64,000 nt of DNA, taken from contig OY820579.1 of the NCBI GenBank assembly GCA_963681965.1, positions 1,856,001-1,920,000 of the forward strand, written 5' to 3'. Positions 20,678 to 31,320 of the stretch are shown here, piece after piece. This DNA is from a bacterium (GTDB lineage: Bacteria; Electryoneota; JAOADG01). The translations under genes were made by a program, and so were the position numbers. Numbering within the stretch: the stretch's first letter is position 1; the number at the start of each line of letters is the position of its first letter. The notes under the pieces were generated by a model. The model worked only from the letters and a program-made list of their open reading frames with translations. It did no database searches and was not told the origin of the DNA.

Positions 20678-22558
20678 ATGCAGCGACGGCACCTTTATTG
20701 GTTTTGTGCCGCTGTTGTTATTTTGATCTTGATGGCGATCGGTATGTCATCGCCAATCACCGGAGTCGATTCTGGATTAAAGTGGTTAGGTGCTAAACAA
20801 TTTTCGACTACTAACTCGCTGACAATTACTCCCGCTAAAAACGGTATCCTCTCGCAACAGGAGTTTCCACCCTGTCCCGAACCATTTCTCTATCTATTAA
20901 ATGGAAAGCTGTATCCGGTATTTGCAGTTATTCCGATAATATTGAATGGTTATGTCGATCGACTTCTTGGTGACAGATTTTGGTGGTTGTGGTCGGTTTT
21001 GCCGACACTGATTCTATTATTCATTTTTTTTTCCGAAACTAAAAAATTATCGATCGATCCACTTTGGGCTACTTTCGCGCTGTTATTAGCGACTCCCCTT
21101 TCGATCTATGCCGTTACCTATTGGGAACATGCTCTCGCAGCAACTATTGCGAGTGTCGGAATAATTTCATTATCCCGCAAGAAAACTCACAATGCCGTTT
21201 TAGCTGGAATTTTATTGGGACTAGGTCCGTGGATTCGAGTGGAGTTACTGGGGTGGGGAGTACTAGCAGGAATTTTTGCTATCGGATTTATTCCTTGGAA
21301 AAATTGGGTAACTGCCAGTTTCTGCTTCATGTTTTCGCTAGTATGCGGTCTAATAGTGAATCATTTAATGACGGGAAATTGGTTTCCATTACAAGTAATC
21401 GCCAATTACGAAACTGGACAAACGCTGCTTTCCGATTTCCGTTTTTCACGTATCCCGTGGGAAGCATATTTCGAAATGCTGATCGGTGCCGGTTCGGTAT
21501 GGGTTAGCATAGCTCTGTTACTGCTTACGATAGCAGGGATTGTTGGGTGGCGAAAACAAAACAACTGGGTAGTCGCGTTGATGATCATACCGATTGTCTA
21601 TTTCATCACTCGATTGCTTGATCCGCTTCCGGTTTTTCACATGCTCCATGCGAATGGGTTGTTGTATACTTTCCCGGTCATCGTGTTTGCCGGATGGGGT
21701 TGGAAGCGTCTTCCAGCAGCGCGAATATGGCTGGGAGCGGCACTTGGATTATTCGGAATGGTATTACTGATGGGAGGAGTAATTCAGGGTATTCATTGGA
21801 GTGTAAGGTACTTACTCCCACTGTCCGTTCCAGTTGCTTTCGCAGCTTTGTTGGCTTTGAAAGAACGTTCGATCGCTCCACACAATCTCGCAATTGGAAT
21901 CGCAGGAATACTCTGTGTTACAATCTATGGATGGATCTGGCATAACAACATCGCACACCGGCAAATCGAATTTGCCGCAACGATGCAAGCTGATTCAGTG
22001 CTCATAGCCTCCGATGTATCTTGGCTTGGCGGCGATTTAGCGCCCCTCTTGGCAACCCATGAAATCGTCTACGTAGGCGATCGCGAACGTATTGGGAGAA
22101 TGCTGATTACTCTTAAAGCGAATCAAAGGAATCGGTTTCAGTTTGTCCGAATGGCTTCGGCGGTTCCACTATATCGCGAAGGGAATCGACAATGGTTGAA
22201 GTTGATCAAACCGATTGTTCGAAAAAATGCACCAACCCCTGAAGCGGATCACTATTACCGAGTTGAGGAATACGAACTCTGCAACGATTCACTTGCTTAT
22301 TCCCGATTAGCTGGAGAATGCGCTGCATTACGTCTATCACGGGGTGATCCGCGGGGAATCGATGATGCCAGATTGGCTTTGATTTGGGCACTCGATGATG
22401 TTCGTCCAGCGATTCAAATCTTGAGCTATGGCGTGGAAAACAATGATATCGCGCTCATTCGCGAAGGGAGAAGTTATCTCGATGCGAAACCTGTACCCGA
22501 AAAATTCCGATCATTAATCGAACAAGCTGATCGAATGATTTTAAACAATAAAAAATGA
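20678..22558 (+). CDS. Polytopic membrane protein, putative GT-C-fold glycosyltransferase
   Basis: About 12 hydrophobic segments; a D-containing first loop (GVDSGLKW); TPL..YA..YWEH, R-x-E and RYLLP motifs typical of GT-C-like proteins; soluble C-terminal domain. The ATG at 20678 is preferred because the longer start overlaps the terminator. Confidence 0.55.
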   Translation: MQRRHLYWFCAAVVILILMAIGMSSPITGVDSGLKWLGAKQFSTTNSLTITPAKNGILSQQEFPPCPEPFLYLLNGKLYPVFAVIPIILNGYVDRLLGDRFWWLWSVLPTLILLFIFFSETKKLSIDPLWATFALLLATPLSIYAVTYWEHALAATIASVGIISLSRKKTHNAVLAGILLGLGPWIRVELLGWGVLAGIFAIGFIPWKNWVTASFCFMFSLVCGLIVNHLMTGNWFPLQVIANYETGQTLLSDFRFSRIPWEAYFEMLIGAGSVWVSIALLLLTIAGIVGWRKQNNWVVALMIIPIVYFITRLLDPLPVFHMLHANGLLYTFPVIVFAGWGWKRLPAARIWLGAALGLFGMVLLMGGVIQGIHWSVRYLLPLSVPVAFAALLALKERSIAPHNLAIGIAGILCVTIYGWIWHNNIAHRQIEFAATMQADSVLIASDVSWLGGDLAPLLATHEIVYVGDRERIGRMLITLKANQRNRFQFVRMASAVPLYREGNRQWLKLIKPIVRKNAPTPEADHYYRVEEYELCNDSLAYSRLAGECAALRLSRGDPRGIDDARLALIWALDDVRPAIQILSYGVENNDIALIREGRSYLDAKPVPEKFRSLIEQADRMILNNKK

Positions 22559-22618
22559 TTCGATTCTATACGCTCGTTTCGAGAGATGAAATTCGGAAAA
22601 AAATGAGTAGATATGAGA

Positions 22619-22644
22619 AATCCCCCCGTTTAACCGGGGGGATT
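22619..22644. terminator. Bidirectional terminator between convergent genes
   Basis: AATCCCCCCG-tttaac-CGGGGGGATT. Confidence 0.65.
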
Positions 22645-22684
22645 CTGTTTAAGGTTCTTAATAATACTGGGTACGACCGGGGTT

Positions 22685-22894
22685 TTATTCGTGAGCCGGC
22701 TGTACGTTTTCAGCCTGAGGACCTTTCGGACCGTCCTTTACTTCGAACTCGACTTCCTGTCCATTTTCCAGCGTCCGGAAACCGGAACCTTGAATCGCGG
22801 AATAGTGTACGAATACATCACGACCACCATTGTCCTGCGAAATGAAACCGTAGCCCTTCTCCTTGGAGAACCACTTGACTTTACCTTTTACCAC
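22685..22894 (-). CDS. cspA: Cold-shock protein
   Basis: KGKVKWF, KGYGFI (RNP1), VFVHYS (RNP2) and KGPQAENV motifs. GTG start with AAGGAAG RBS. Confidence 0.95.
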   Translation of the reverse strand: MVKGKVKWFSKEKGYGFISQDNGGRDVFVHYSAIQGSGFRTLENGQEVEFEVKDGPKGPQAENVQPAHE

Positions 22895-23224
22895 TGTAGT
22901 ACTTCCTTACTCTCACGGTCCGTGAGTCCTTGATTTTACCGATAACGTCGAGCAAACTTCTTTATTCTAAAAAACGGAATAAAAATTTCAAATCAGTAAT
23001 GAACTAGGTCTGCTCGAACGAACTTCGCTTAAGTATAATTATATCGTATCCTCTACTCAAGTACTAACTGTAAAAAAAATAAAATTCCCCAAATCTGTGT
23101 CGAATTAAAAAAAACGGCAAAATTTGCTGCAATGTCGTGAAACAGTAATGCGATACTTATAAAATAGTTATTGTATTTATGAAGTTTACGGTAAATTTGC
23201 AGAGTTAGTCGTGTGTAAAATTAC

Positions 23225-24361
23225 TTAATTTGATTGTGCATTATTAGCGAGATCGGTACAAAAATTAATCACTTTTCCGGGTTTCCAACCCTTTGGAAGG
23301 ATCTTTATGACTTCCTCGGAGAGTATAATTCGATGAAATACACCAATTGGAAGAATATTACCGATAATTAACCAAGCGATCCCACGGGCGATTGTTTCAC
23401 GGGCAGAGTGAGGTGTGAAGCCTAATTCATTTATCGCTTTCGAATTGTCGTAAAAACCGTAGCGCTGATATAAATCGATAAATCGATCTCTGGTCAATAA
23501 GGGGCGTTTTCGCATGATCGCAGCCGAGTATTCCATTATGCCAGTTAAGGTTTTTCCAAGGAATTGATTGAGTGAATATCGTGGTGCCGGAAGTCCGGTT
23601 AAACTTCCAATGATTTCATAAAATTCTCTGACTGTTACCCGCTCGCCGCCCAGTATATACCGTTCACCGGGAATCCCTTTAACGGCTGCTAGAAAATGTC
23701 CTAATGCCGCGTCAGTTGCATCGACCACTGTTAATCCACCCGGAATACTAAACGGCATATTTCGTATCAGTGAATGTAAAACCATCTGCATGGAAGGGGT
23801 AATTTTATAATCGTGAAAACCGATCACAACCGATGGATTCACCACAATCAATGGAAGATTATTCGTAGCTGCAATCTGCCATGCTAGCCTTTCCGATAGT
23901 GTCTTCCCTTCGATATAGGAGTCTGCTGGAGCTTCATTCCAATTGGATTCATTGCGTATTTCGTCATGATTGCGCGAGTATCCGATGGCAGCGGTGGAAG
24001 AAGTATAAACAATCCGTTTGATTGTATTACATCTACTCGCTGCTTCTAACACATTGCGAGTTCCCACCACGGCAGTGTCGATAATTTTCGTTTTAAGTTG
24101 TGGATGAAAAGTAAAGAGCGCTGCAGTATGGAATAACAAAGTGCATCCAGCAAGTATCCCATCCCATCCGTCGCGGTTCATAATATCTTGTTCCACTATT
24201 TCAATAGGCAGTCCGCCTAGCGAGGGATGTGGGCTTCCGGGTCGAATCACTGCTCGAACTGAAATACCGTTTGCAAGCAATACCCGAACCAGATTAGACC
24301 CGATGTGACCGTTTGCACCTGTGACAACCGCTAGTTCTGATGGTTGATTGAATTCTGTCAT
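23225..24361 (-). CDS. NAD-dependent epimerase/dehydratase (extended SDR, dihydroflavonol-reductase/HpnA-like)
   Basis: TGANGHIG, FHTAA, YTSS and YxxxK (YIEGK) motifs, GERYILGG. Confidence 0.85.
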   Translation of the reverse strand: MTEFNQPSELAVVTGANGHIGSNLVRVLLANGISVRAVIRPGSPHPSLGGLPIEIVEQDIMNRDGWDGILAGCTLLFHTAALFTFHPQLKTKIIDTAVVGTRNVLEAASRCNTIKRIVYTSSTAAIGYSRNHDEIRNESNWNEAPADSYIEGKTLSERLAWQIAATNNLPLIVVNPSVVIGFHDYKITPSMQMVLHSLIRNMPFSIPGGLTVVDATDAALGHFLAAVKGIPGERYILGGERVTVREFYEIIGSLTGLPAPRYSLNQFLGKTLTGIMEYSAAIMRKRPLLTRDRFIDLYQRYGFYDNSKAINELGFTPHSARETIARGIAWLIIGNILPIGVFHRIILSEEVIKILPKGWKPGKVINFCTDLANNAQSN

Positions 24362-24892
24362 AATCTCAAAATCCGGTTTGGTTTGTTAATTGTCGAATAG
24401 AATTACTATCCAGTCAATTCAAACGATTGCTCTGACTAGTTAAGTATTGTTATTGTGTTTTCTCACTACGAGCTGCAGAAAAAGAAATAAAAACGCGATC
24501 GAGGTATTGCAGCCGAAAAACTCCTAGACTACTTTAATGCTATGGAATGATCCTAATTGAAAACACTGCGCTTTCCATATCGAAATTGGTGCGATAACGG
24601 GTAATTTTATCCTGTTCATTAATAATATACAATCCGTATCGACGTTACGTATTACTAAATATCTCTCAGCTTGCTATGCTTATCCGTGACGATCGTCGAT
24701 CTGCCAAGGGAATATTTTTGTGTAAAATAGGTCGCTTTGACAGGACAAGTAAGTGGATACGGATGAGACTGTCGAATTTTTCGATGACAAATAGTTTAAC
24801 ATTCGGTCTCAATCAATCCTTAATATAAGTCTGGAAATTATGATTGAACGATACAATCCCGGCAAATCACTACGGTATAGGACGGGTAGCCT

Positions 24893-25399
24893 ATGAAAAA
24901 GATAGCGCTATCGATCGTCTCCGTATTGATTATAGTTCTTCTGATACTTTACTGGTGGCGCCTCAATCAATCCAATGCCGGCTATCAACCGGTACAACCG
25001 ATTGCATTCAGTCACAAACTTCATGTGCAGAGCAATAAAATCGATTGCATGTTCTGTCACACGAGTGTCGAACGCGGTCCGCACGCAACGGTTCCCGCAG
25101 CGAGTATATGTATGAAATGTCACTCGCTGGTGCGTACCGATCGACCTGCGATCCAGAAATTGACCGAAATTTTCAACAGTGGCAAACCCGTCGAGTGGAT
25201 CAGGATTCACCATTTGCCCGATCATGTGTACTTCAGTCATCGCTGGCATATCGCGAAAGGATTCAAATGTACCCAGTGTCATGGTCCGATCGATACCATG
25301 GATGTCGTGCAACAAGTGAATCGACTGGAAATGGGTGATTGTGTCAGTTGTCATCGGCAAAATAACGCACCGACAACATGTAACACGTGTCACCAGTGA
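24893..25399 (+). CDS. actA: Alternative complex III pentahaem cytochrome c subunit
   Basis: N-terminal TM helix, QPIAFSHKLH, five CxxCH motifs, LPDHVYFSHRWH. Confidence 0.9.
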   Translation: MKKIALSIVSVLIIVLLILYWWRLNQSNAGYQPVQPIAFSHKLHVQSNKIDCMFCHTSVERGPHATVPAASICMKCHSLVRTDRPAIQKLTEIFNSGKPVEWIRIHHLPDHVYFSHRWHIAKGFKCTQCHGPIDTMDVVQQVNRLEMGDCVSCHRQNNAPTTCNTCHQ

Positions 25400-25410
25400 T
25401 TGAGGATGGA

Positions 25411-28400
25411 ATGAGCGAACGGGAAAACAACCCACCCAAATATTGGTCGACTTTCGAAGAGAAAAACGGTGATCCCGAAGTCGAACGCTTGCGATCGGAA
25501 GAATTTTTCGAAAAGCCGGCTGAAATATTGAATGAAGCAGGTGAAGTCAATTTTACCTTGACGCGACGGAATCTATTGAAGCTGTCGGGAGCAGCAATGG
25601 CTCTTGCCGCTGTCGGATGTGCTCGGAGACCGGTCGAGAAAATTATTCCTTACGTCGTCGCGCCCGAAGAAATTACTCCCGGACTGGCAACATGGTATGC
25701 CAGCACCTGTGCCGGTTGTGCTGCCGGTTGCGGTGTTCTGGTGAAAACCCGTGAAGGGCGACCAATCAAGCTGGAAGGCAATCCCAAACACCCGATCAAC
25801 CATGGTCGATTGTGTGCCCGTGGACAAGCAACAGTGTTGGATTTATACGATCCCGACCGTCTCCAACAACCGATTAAATACGGTCGTGGAAAACAGACTC
25901 CGGAAAATTTAACTCTGGCTCAAGCCGATGAAATTATTGTCGATACGATCAAGAAGAATCGATCGGTTGTACTGGTAACACCGTCTATCAATGGATTGGC
26001 GGCTCGTCGCGCACAGCGTGAATTTCTCACTGCCTATCCCAACGTAAAACTTGTTACATACGATGTTCTCGGTGACGACGATCTGATTCGTGCGCAAGAG
26101 ATCTGTTACGGTACAGCAGCCAAACCCCGCTATCGCTTCGAACAAGCGAATTATTTTCTTATGCTTGGCGCCGATCCCTTTGGAGCGTCATCGTCTCCCG
26201 TCGAAGCAGCCTATGGTTACGGTCAAGCGCGTAAACCCGATAAAGACGGAATGGCAAAACTGGTTGTATTCGAACCGGCGATAACATTAACCGGCGGGAG
26301 TGCCGACGAGCGCTTCTTAATCGAACCGCAATACCTTGCAGCGGTTGGATTTGCGTTAGCGAATGCGTTGATGCAAGCGGGTCTTGGACTTTTCGAAAAA
26401 TCCGAAGACAATCAAAAACTGCGTGCGAAACTTGCACAATTCGCGCCGGAAAAGATTGAAAAGCAAGCCGGGCTATCGGATGGTTTGATCAAGCGCATTG
26501 CCAAGGAACTTCAAAAATATCGTGGCAAATCGTTGGTGATAGGTGGCAGTACTGCCGTACAGAATCACAATTCGCTTCAACTTCAAATTGCCGTCAATAT
26601 CCTCAATTCAATGCTCGGAAACGAAGGTAAGACTGTCGATGGCGCATTCGTCTATTCCAAGCAACGCACCGGACTATCCGATTCGCTTCGATCGCTGGAA
26701 AACGATTTGCAGAATGGCAATGTCGATGCCGTCATTTTCGCCGGTACGAATCCGGTATACTCGTATTTCAATCTCACATCGTTCAAAGCTGCAACTGTGA
26801 TTACCCTTTCCGATCGAATCGACGAAACAGCGAAACTATCCGACTATGTATTTCCACTCTCGCATGGATTGGAATCGTGGAACGATCACGAACCGCAGAA
26901 TGGAATCTTTGCCGTCCGCCAACCGGCAATCACACCGCTCTATACGACTCGATCGTTGGAAGAGTATTATCTCAATTGGTCGGCTGCAAAGTCGAAATTT
27001 TCTAAACCACCAGTGATCTTGGAATTTATTCAGGAAACCTGGAAACAAACATTCATGAAAGATGCCTCACAACGCGCGTTCCTCGATTGGTGGGATGATC
27101 GGTTGCGAGAAGGGGTCTTTTCCACAGTGAATCCCGACGGTGCAATTAAAACGCGGGCGTTCATCGATTCCGCTCATATTCGACCGCGCAAATCGGGTAC
27201 TCCTGAAATCAAAGATGAAAGTGCAATCGCGCTCATTCCCGATACTACCGAATCGAAACCCGGTAAAAGCGACAATCGTCTTATGTCCGATATCGATCCG
27301 TTGCAATTTATTACCACCCATGAAGTCGAAACATCCGAACTGCAATTGGTACTTCAAACGAATTCGCTTTCGCACAATGGTTCGCAACGGAATAACGCAT
27401 GGCTTTTAGAAACGCCTGATCCGATTTCGAAAATTTCCTGGGACAATGTCTTGGCGATGGCGCCTTCAACTGCAAAGAGATTGGGTTACTCGACCGGTGA
27501 TCTGGTTCGCATCAATGTCGATAAAACGACACTTGATGTACCGATCAATATTCAACCCGGTGTTCATCCCAAGGTTCTAGCTTTAGCGCTGGGATGGGGA
27601 CGCACTTCGGTTGGAAGAATTGGCAACAATGTCGGTGTCAATGGCTTTAAACTAGCACGAGCGATTTCGTTACCGAACGGTCAAAAGAAACGCATTCTAA
27701 GTTCAATCCCGGTAACACTGACGAAAACGACTGAGACACGCAAACTTGCGAATATGCAGGGTCATAATTATCTCGAAGGTCGTCCGATCGTTCAGGAAAC
27801 CACCTTCGATAAATGGCGCGAGAACCCCGCTTCCGGTGGTCGTGGACCGCGTGAATTTGAGTCGATTTGGGGCGCACCACCTCCCAATCTGAATCCAGCT
27901 TCCGGCGAGCCCGTTCGCTGGTGGATGACGATCGATATCAATTCCTGTATCGGTTGCAATGCTTGTGCCGTGGCGTGTCAAGCCGAGAATAATGTTGCTG
28001 TCGTTGGTAAAGAGCAGGTATTACGCGGTCGCGAGATGTCGTGGATTCGCATCGATCGGTATTACTCCGGAGACGACGACAATCCCGAATTGGTATATTC
28101 GCCGATGCTGTGTCAGCAGTGTTCTCATGCCCCCTGTGAGACGGTTTGTCCAGTTGTTGCAACGACTCACAACGACGAAGGAATCAACGTTCAGACTTAC
28201 AATCGGTGTGTTGGCACCCGCTATTGTTCCAATAACTGTCCATACAAAGTGCGCCGCTTCAATTGGCTCGCCGACAACACACAATACAGTCAACGGAATA
28301 TTCAGCATCCGATGGAGATGGTGCTCAATCCCGATGTCACGGTCCGCTCGATCGGTGTCATGGAAAAATGCAATTTCTGCTTGCAGCGTGTACGCGAAGG

Positions 28401-28680
28401 GCACGAGTACCGGAAAGCCAATGGGTTGACTGCGATACCCGACGAGATGGTCAAACCGGCATGTGCACAAACCTGTCCGACACAGGCGATTTCGTTTGGA
28501 AATATTCTCAATAAATCGTCGAAGGTCGCCGAAAAAGCCAAGGATCCGCGCGGGTATCAAGTGTTGGATGAAGTGAATACCCGTCCGGCGATCATATATC
28601 TCCGCAAATTGCGCAATCGCATGCCAAAGTCGTGGGACAATAGCGAACATGAAGCAAACAACAACAAGCATGAAGCGTAA
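25411..28680 (+). CDS. actB: Alternative complex III molybdopterin-oxidoreductase-like/Fe-S subunit
   Basis: KYWST; TRRNLLK Tat motif plus Cys; REGRPIKLEGNP; C-terminal CIGCNACAVAC, CQQC..APCE.VCP, CVGTRYCSNNCPY and MEKCNFC motifs. Confidence 0.92.
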   Translation: MSERENNPPKYWSTFEEKNGDPEVERLRSEEFFEKPAEILNEAGEVNFTLTRRNLLKLSGAAMALAAVGCARRPVEKIIPYVVAPEEITPGLATWYASTCAGCAAGCGVLVKTREGRPIKLEGNPKHPINHGRLCARGQATVLDLYDPDRLQQPIKYGRGKQTPENLTLAQADEIIVDTIKKNRSVVLVTPSINGLAARRAQREFLTAYPNVKLVTYDVLGDDDLIRAQEICYGTAAKPRYRFEQANYFLMLGADPFGASSSPVEAAYGYGQARKPDKDGMAKLVVFEPAITLTGGSADERFLIEPQYLAAVGFALANALMQAGLGLFEKSEDNQKLRAKLAQFAPEKIEKQAGLSDGLIKRIAKELQKYRGKSLVIGGSTAVQNHNSLQLQIAVNILNSMLGNEGKTVDGAFVYSKQRTGLSDSLRSLENDLQNGNVDAVIFAGTNPVYSYFNLTSFKAATVITLSDRIDETAKLSDYVFPLSHGLESWNDHEPQNGIFAVRQPAITPLYTTRSLEEYYLNWSAAKSKFSKPPVILEFIQETWKQTFMKDASQRAFLDWWDDRLREGVFSTVNPDGAIKTRAFIDSAHIRPRKSGTPEIKDESAIALIPDTTESKPGKSDNRLMSDIDPLQFITTHEVETSELQLVLQTNSLSHNGSQRNNAWLLETPDPISKISWDNVLAMAPSTAKRLGYSTGDLVRINVDKTTLDVPINIQPGVHPKVLALALGWGRTSVGRIGNNVGVNGFKLARAISLPNGQKKRILSSIPVTLTKTTETRKLANMQGHNYLEGRPIVQETTFDKWRENPASGGRGPREFESIWGAPPPNLNPASGEPVRWWMTIDINSCIGCNACAVACQAENNVAVVGKEQVLRGREMSWIRIDRYYSGDDDNPELVYSPMLCQQCSHAPCETVCPVVATTHNDEGINVQTYNRCVGTRYCSNNCPYKVRRFNWLADNTQYSQRNIQHPMEMVLNPDVTVRSIGVMEKCNFCLQRVREGHEYRKANGLTAIPDEMVKPACAQTCPTQAISFGNILNKSSKVAEKAKDPRGYQVLDEVNTRPAIIYLRKLRNRMPKSWDNSEHEANNNKHEA

Positions 28681-28707
28681 GAACAAAACAACCCGAAAAG
28701 GAAGAGA

Positions 28708-30093
28708 ATGAGTACGGTATCACCGACAGCGGAAACACCGCTCATCGCCGAATCGGTGACGATGACCAAAGTCACGGAGACGATCCTTGCTCCAGCCGAA
28801 CGAATGCCCGGAAATGGTTGGTGGGCACTCTTCGTTGTGGCGTTGGGAATGCTCTCGATCGGTTTGTTGAGTGTTGCGATTCAAATGATTCGTGGTGTCG
28901 GCGTTTGGGGTATCACACACCCCATCGGTTGGGCATTCGATATTACTAATTTTGTTTTTTGGGTCGGAATTGGACATGCCGGAACGTTGATTTCGGCAAT
29001 TCTATTCTTACTCCGACAGAAGTGGCGAACCTCGATCAATCGCTCAGCCGAAGCAATGACCATCTTTGCCGTCATCACCGCACTGATGTTTCCTTTGCTG
29101 CACACAGGTCGACCGTGGTTAGCATTCTACTGGTTGATGCCGTATCCCGGTGACCGGTTACTATGGGTCAATTTCCGTAGTCCATTGCTGTGGGATGTGT
29201 TCGCAGTTTCGACCTATTTCACCATCTCACTCTGTTTCTGGTTCACTGGACTCGTGCCCGATATCGCCGCATTACGCGATCGTGCCAAAGGCGTGATTCG
29301 TAAGAAAGTACTATCGATACTTTCACTCGGTTGGACCGGAACCATGCGGCAGTGGGTGCATTTCGAGAAAGCCTATCTCCTCTTTGCCGGACTCGCAACA
29401 CCATTGGTGTTGTCGGTGCATACGATCGTTTCGTTCGACTTTGCGGTCTCAATCGTTCCCGGTTGGCACACCACAATTTTCCCGCCGTATTTCGTAGCAG
29501 GTGCTATTTTCGGTGGCTTCGCGATGGTGATGGTATTACTAGTGCCACTTCGATCGGCATTCGGGCTACAGGAATTTATCACGGTAAAGCATCTTGAGTT
29601 CATGAATAAGATCATGCTCGGTACCGGGATGATGGTCAGCTATGCCTATGCTACCGAATACTTTATGGCGTGGTACAGCGAGAATCAATACGAACGATTC
29701 ATCTTTTCCAATCGCCTGATGGGGCACTATTGGTGGTCGGTCTGGTTGATGATCACTTGCAATACGTTCATTCCGCAACTCTTCTGGTTCAAGCGTTTCC
29801 GCCGCTCAATTCCAGTGATGTTCTTCGTTGCCGTGATGATCAATGTCGGGATGTGGTTCGAACGATTCAATATCATCGTCACCTCGTTATCGCAGGATTT
29901 CTTACCCTCCAATTGGGACTTCTACCATCCGACACGGTATGATTTCGGTGTCACGATCGGTGCGTTCGGCTTGTTCTTCACCCTATTCCTGTTGTTTATT
30001 CGCGTGCTCCCGACACTGTCGCTGGCGGAAGTGAAATCGATTCTGATTAAACCTGCCGGCTCCTTAAAACCGAAGGGAGGACATCATGCTTAA
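28708..30093 (+). CDS. actC: Alternative complex III NrfD/PsrC-family quinol-binding subunit
   Basis: [55 protein letters not shown]. Confidence 0.95.
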   Translation: MSTVSPTAETPLIAESVTMTKVTETILAPAERMPGNGWWALFVVALGMLSIGLLSVAIQMIRGVGVWGITHPIGWAFDITNFVFWVGIGHAGTLISAILFLLRQKWRTSINRSAEAMTIFAVITALMFPLLHTGRPWLAFYWLMPYPGDRLLWVNFRSPLLWDVFAVSTYFTISLCFWFTGLVPDIAALRDRAKGVIRKKVLSILSLGWTGTMRQWVHFEKAYLLFAGLATPLVLSVHTIVSFDFAVSIVPGWHTTIFPPYFVAGAIFGGFAMVMVLLVPLRSAFGLQEFITVKHLEFMNKIMLGTGMMVSYAYATEYFMAWYSENQYERFIFSNRLMGHYWWSVWLMITCNTFIPQLFWFKRFRRSIPVMFFVAVMINVGMWFERFNIIVTSLSQDFLPSNWDFYHPTRYDFGVTIGAFGLFFTLFLLFIRVLPTLSLAEVKSILIKPAGSLKPKGGHHA

Positions 30094-30649
30094 GTTGAGC
30101 GAGATGATTTCCCAAATTCTTCCTCCGAAGATAGTGCCGGTGATTATCGGCTATTTCGAGACACCGGAGGATCTGTATACTGCCGCGGTAGATGCCGTTG
30201 CCAAAGGGTATCAAGGGGTCGATGCGATCACACCTTACCCGATCCATGGTCTCGACAAAGCGCTCAAGCTTCCTGATTCATGGATTCCTTACGCAACCCT
30301 TGGCGCTGGATTATTCGGATCTTCGTTCTTTCTCTTCTTCCAGTGGTGGACCAGTGCCGTCGATTATCCGTTGAATGTCGGTGGCAAACCGCTTTTTTCC
30401 TGGCCGGCGTTTGCGCCAGTCACATTCGAAGGGGGCGAATTGTTAGCAGGAACGACTACGTTAGCCGCACTATTGATCACAGCGTATTTCTGTCGACCAC
30501 ACGCGATTATCAAAAATCAACTCGATCCCCGATTGACCAACGACCGTTTCGCTTTGATCGTGCCACTGCACAATCCGAGCGAATCCGCATCGATCGAATC
30601 ATTTCTGAAAGGACACGGCGCCGATGAAATCAGCCTGCTCCCTGTCTGA
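30086..30649 (+). CDS. actD: Alternative complex III subunit D (DUF3341)
   Basis: [36 protein letters not shown]. Confidence 0.9.
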   Translation: MLKLSEMISQILPPKIVPVIIGYFETPEDLYTAAVDAVAKGYQGVDAITPYPIHGLDKALKLPDSWIPYATLGAGLFGSSFFLFFQWWTSAVDYPLNVGGKPLFSWPAFAPVTFEGGELLAGTTTLAALLITAYFCRPHAIIKNQLDPRLTNDRFALIVPLHNPSESASIESFLKGHGADEISLLPV

Positions 30650-31301
30650 TCGTACCGCAGTCCGGTGGTCGATTGCCCTGCTGTTGATTCTCTCGACAAT
30701 ACTGTCGCTGTCCGGATGCCGCGACAACAGTCAGACCAAACTCGAATATGCCCCGCAGATGTATCGGAGTCCCGCCTACAAGGCACAACGCTACGATCCG
30801 GATGCACCAACCCTGTCGACGATGCGAACGCCGCCAGTGGGCGCTGTACCCGTTAATTTCGAACCGTATCGCTTGACGTTAGCCGATTCGGCTTTGCAGG
30901 ATCAGATGCTGAATCCGTTACCACGTACCGAAGAAGTTCTCAATATCGGTCGGAAGTATTACAACATTTACTGCATTGTCTGTCACGGTCCCAAGGGTGA
31001 CGGCATGGGCTACATCGTTCCGAAAGGATTGCCGGTGCCTCCTTCGTACATAACCGGCGCAACCCGGCAGTGGGGTGATGGTCGGATTTTCCATCTGATT
31101 ACCCGTGGTCGCGGCAATATGTCCAGTTATGCGGCGCAATTGAATCCTGAGCAACGCTGGGCGGTTGTCCATTATATCCGCGCCCTGCAACGTGCCGGTA
31201 ATCCGTCCGATGCCGATCTCCAGAAATTCCGGAGCAGCGGTTTCGATGCGAAAAACGATTTACCCGATACTTCGATCGTAACTACGATCGCCGACAAATA
31301 G
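30624..31301 (+). CDS. actE: Alternative complex III monohaem cytochrome c lipoprotein
   Basis: Lipobox LSGC, single CIVCH, MSSYAAQL...RWAVVHYIRAL. Confidence 0.88.
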   Translation: MKSACSLSDRTAVRWSIALLLILSTILSLSGCRDNSQTKLEYAPQMYRSPAYKAQRYDPDAPTLSTMRTPPVGAVPVNFEPYRLTLADSALQDQMLNPLPRTEEVLNIGRKYYNIYCIVCHGPKGDGMGYIVPKGLPVPPSYITGATRQWGDGRIFHLITRGRGNMSSYAAQLNPEQRWAVVHYIRALQRAGNPSDADLQKFRSSGFDAKNDLPDTSIVTTIADK

Positions 31302-31320
31302 CGCTACGGAGATTGTGTCC

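Noticed and set aside
28021-28686. 221-aa antisense ORF, and many other 60-200-aa ORFs overlapping identified genes
   Set aside because: Shadow ORFs of well-supported genes, with no motifs or RBS.
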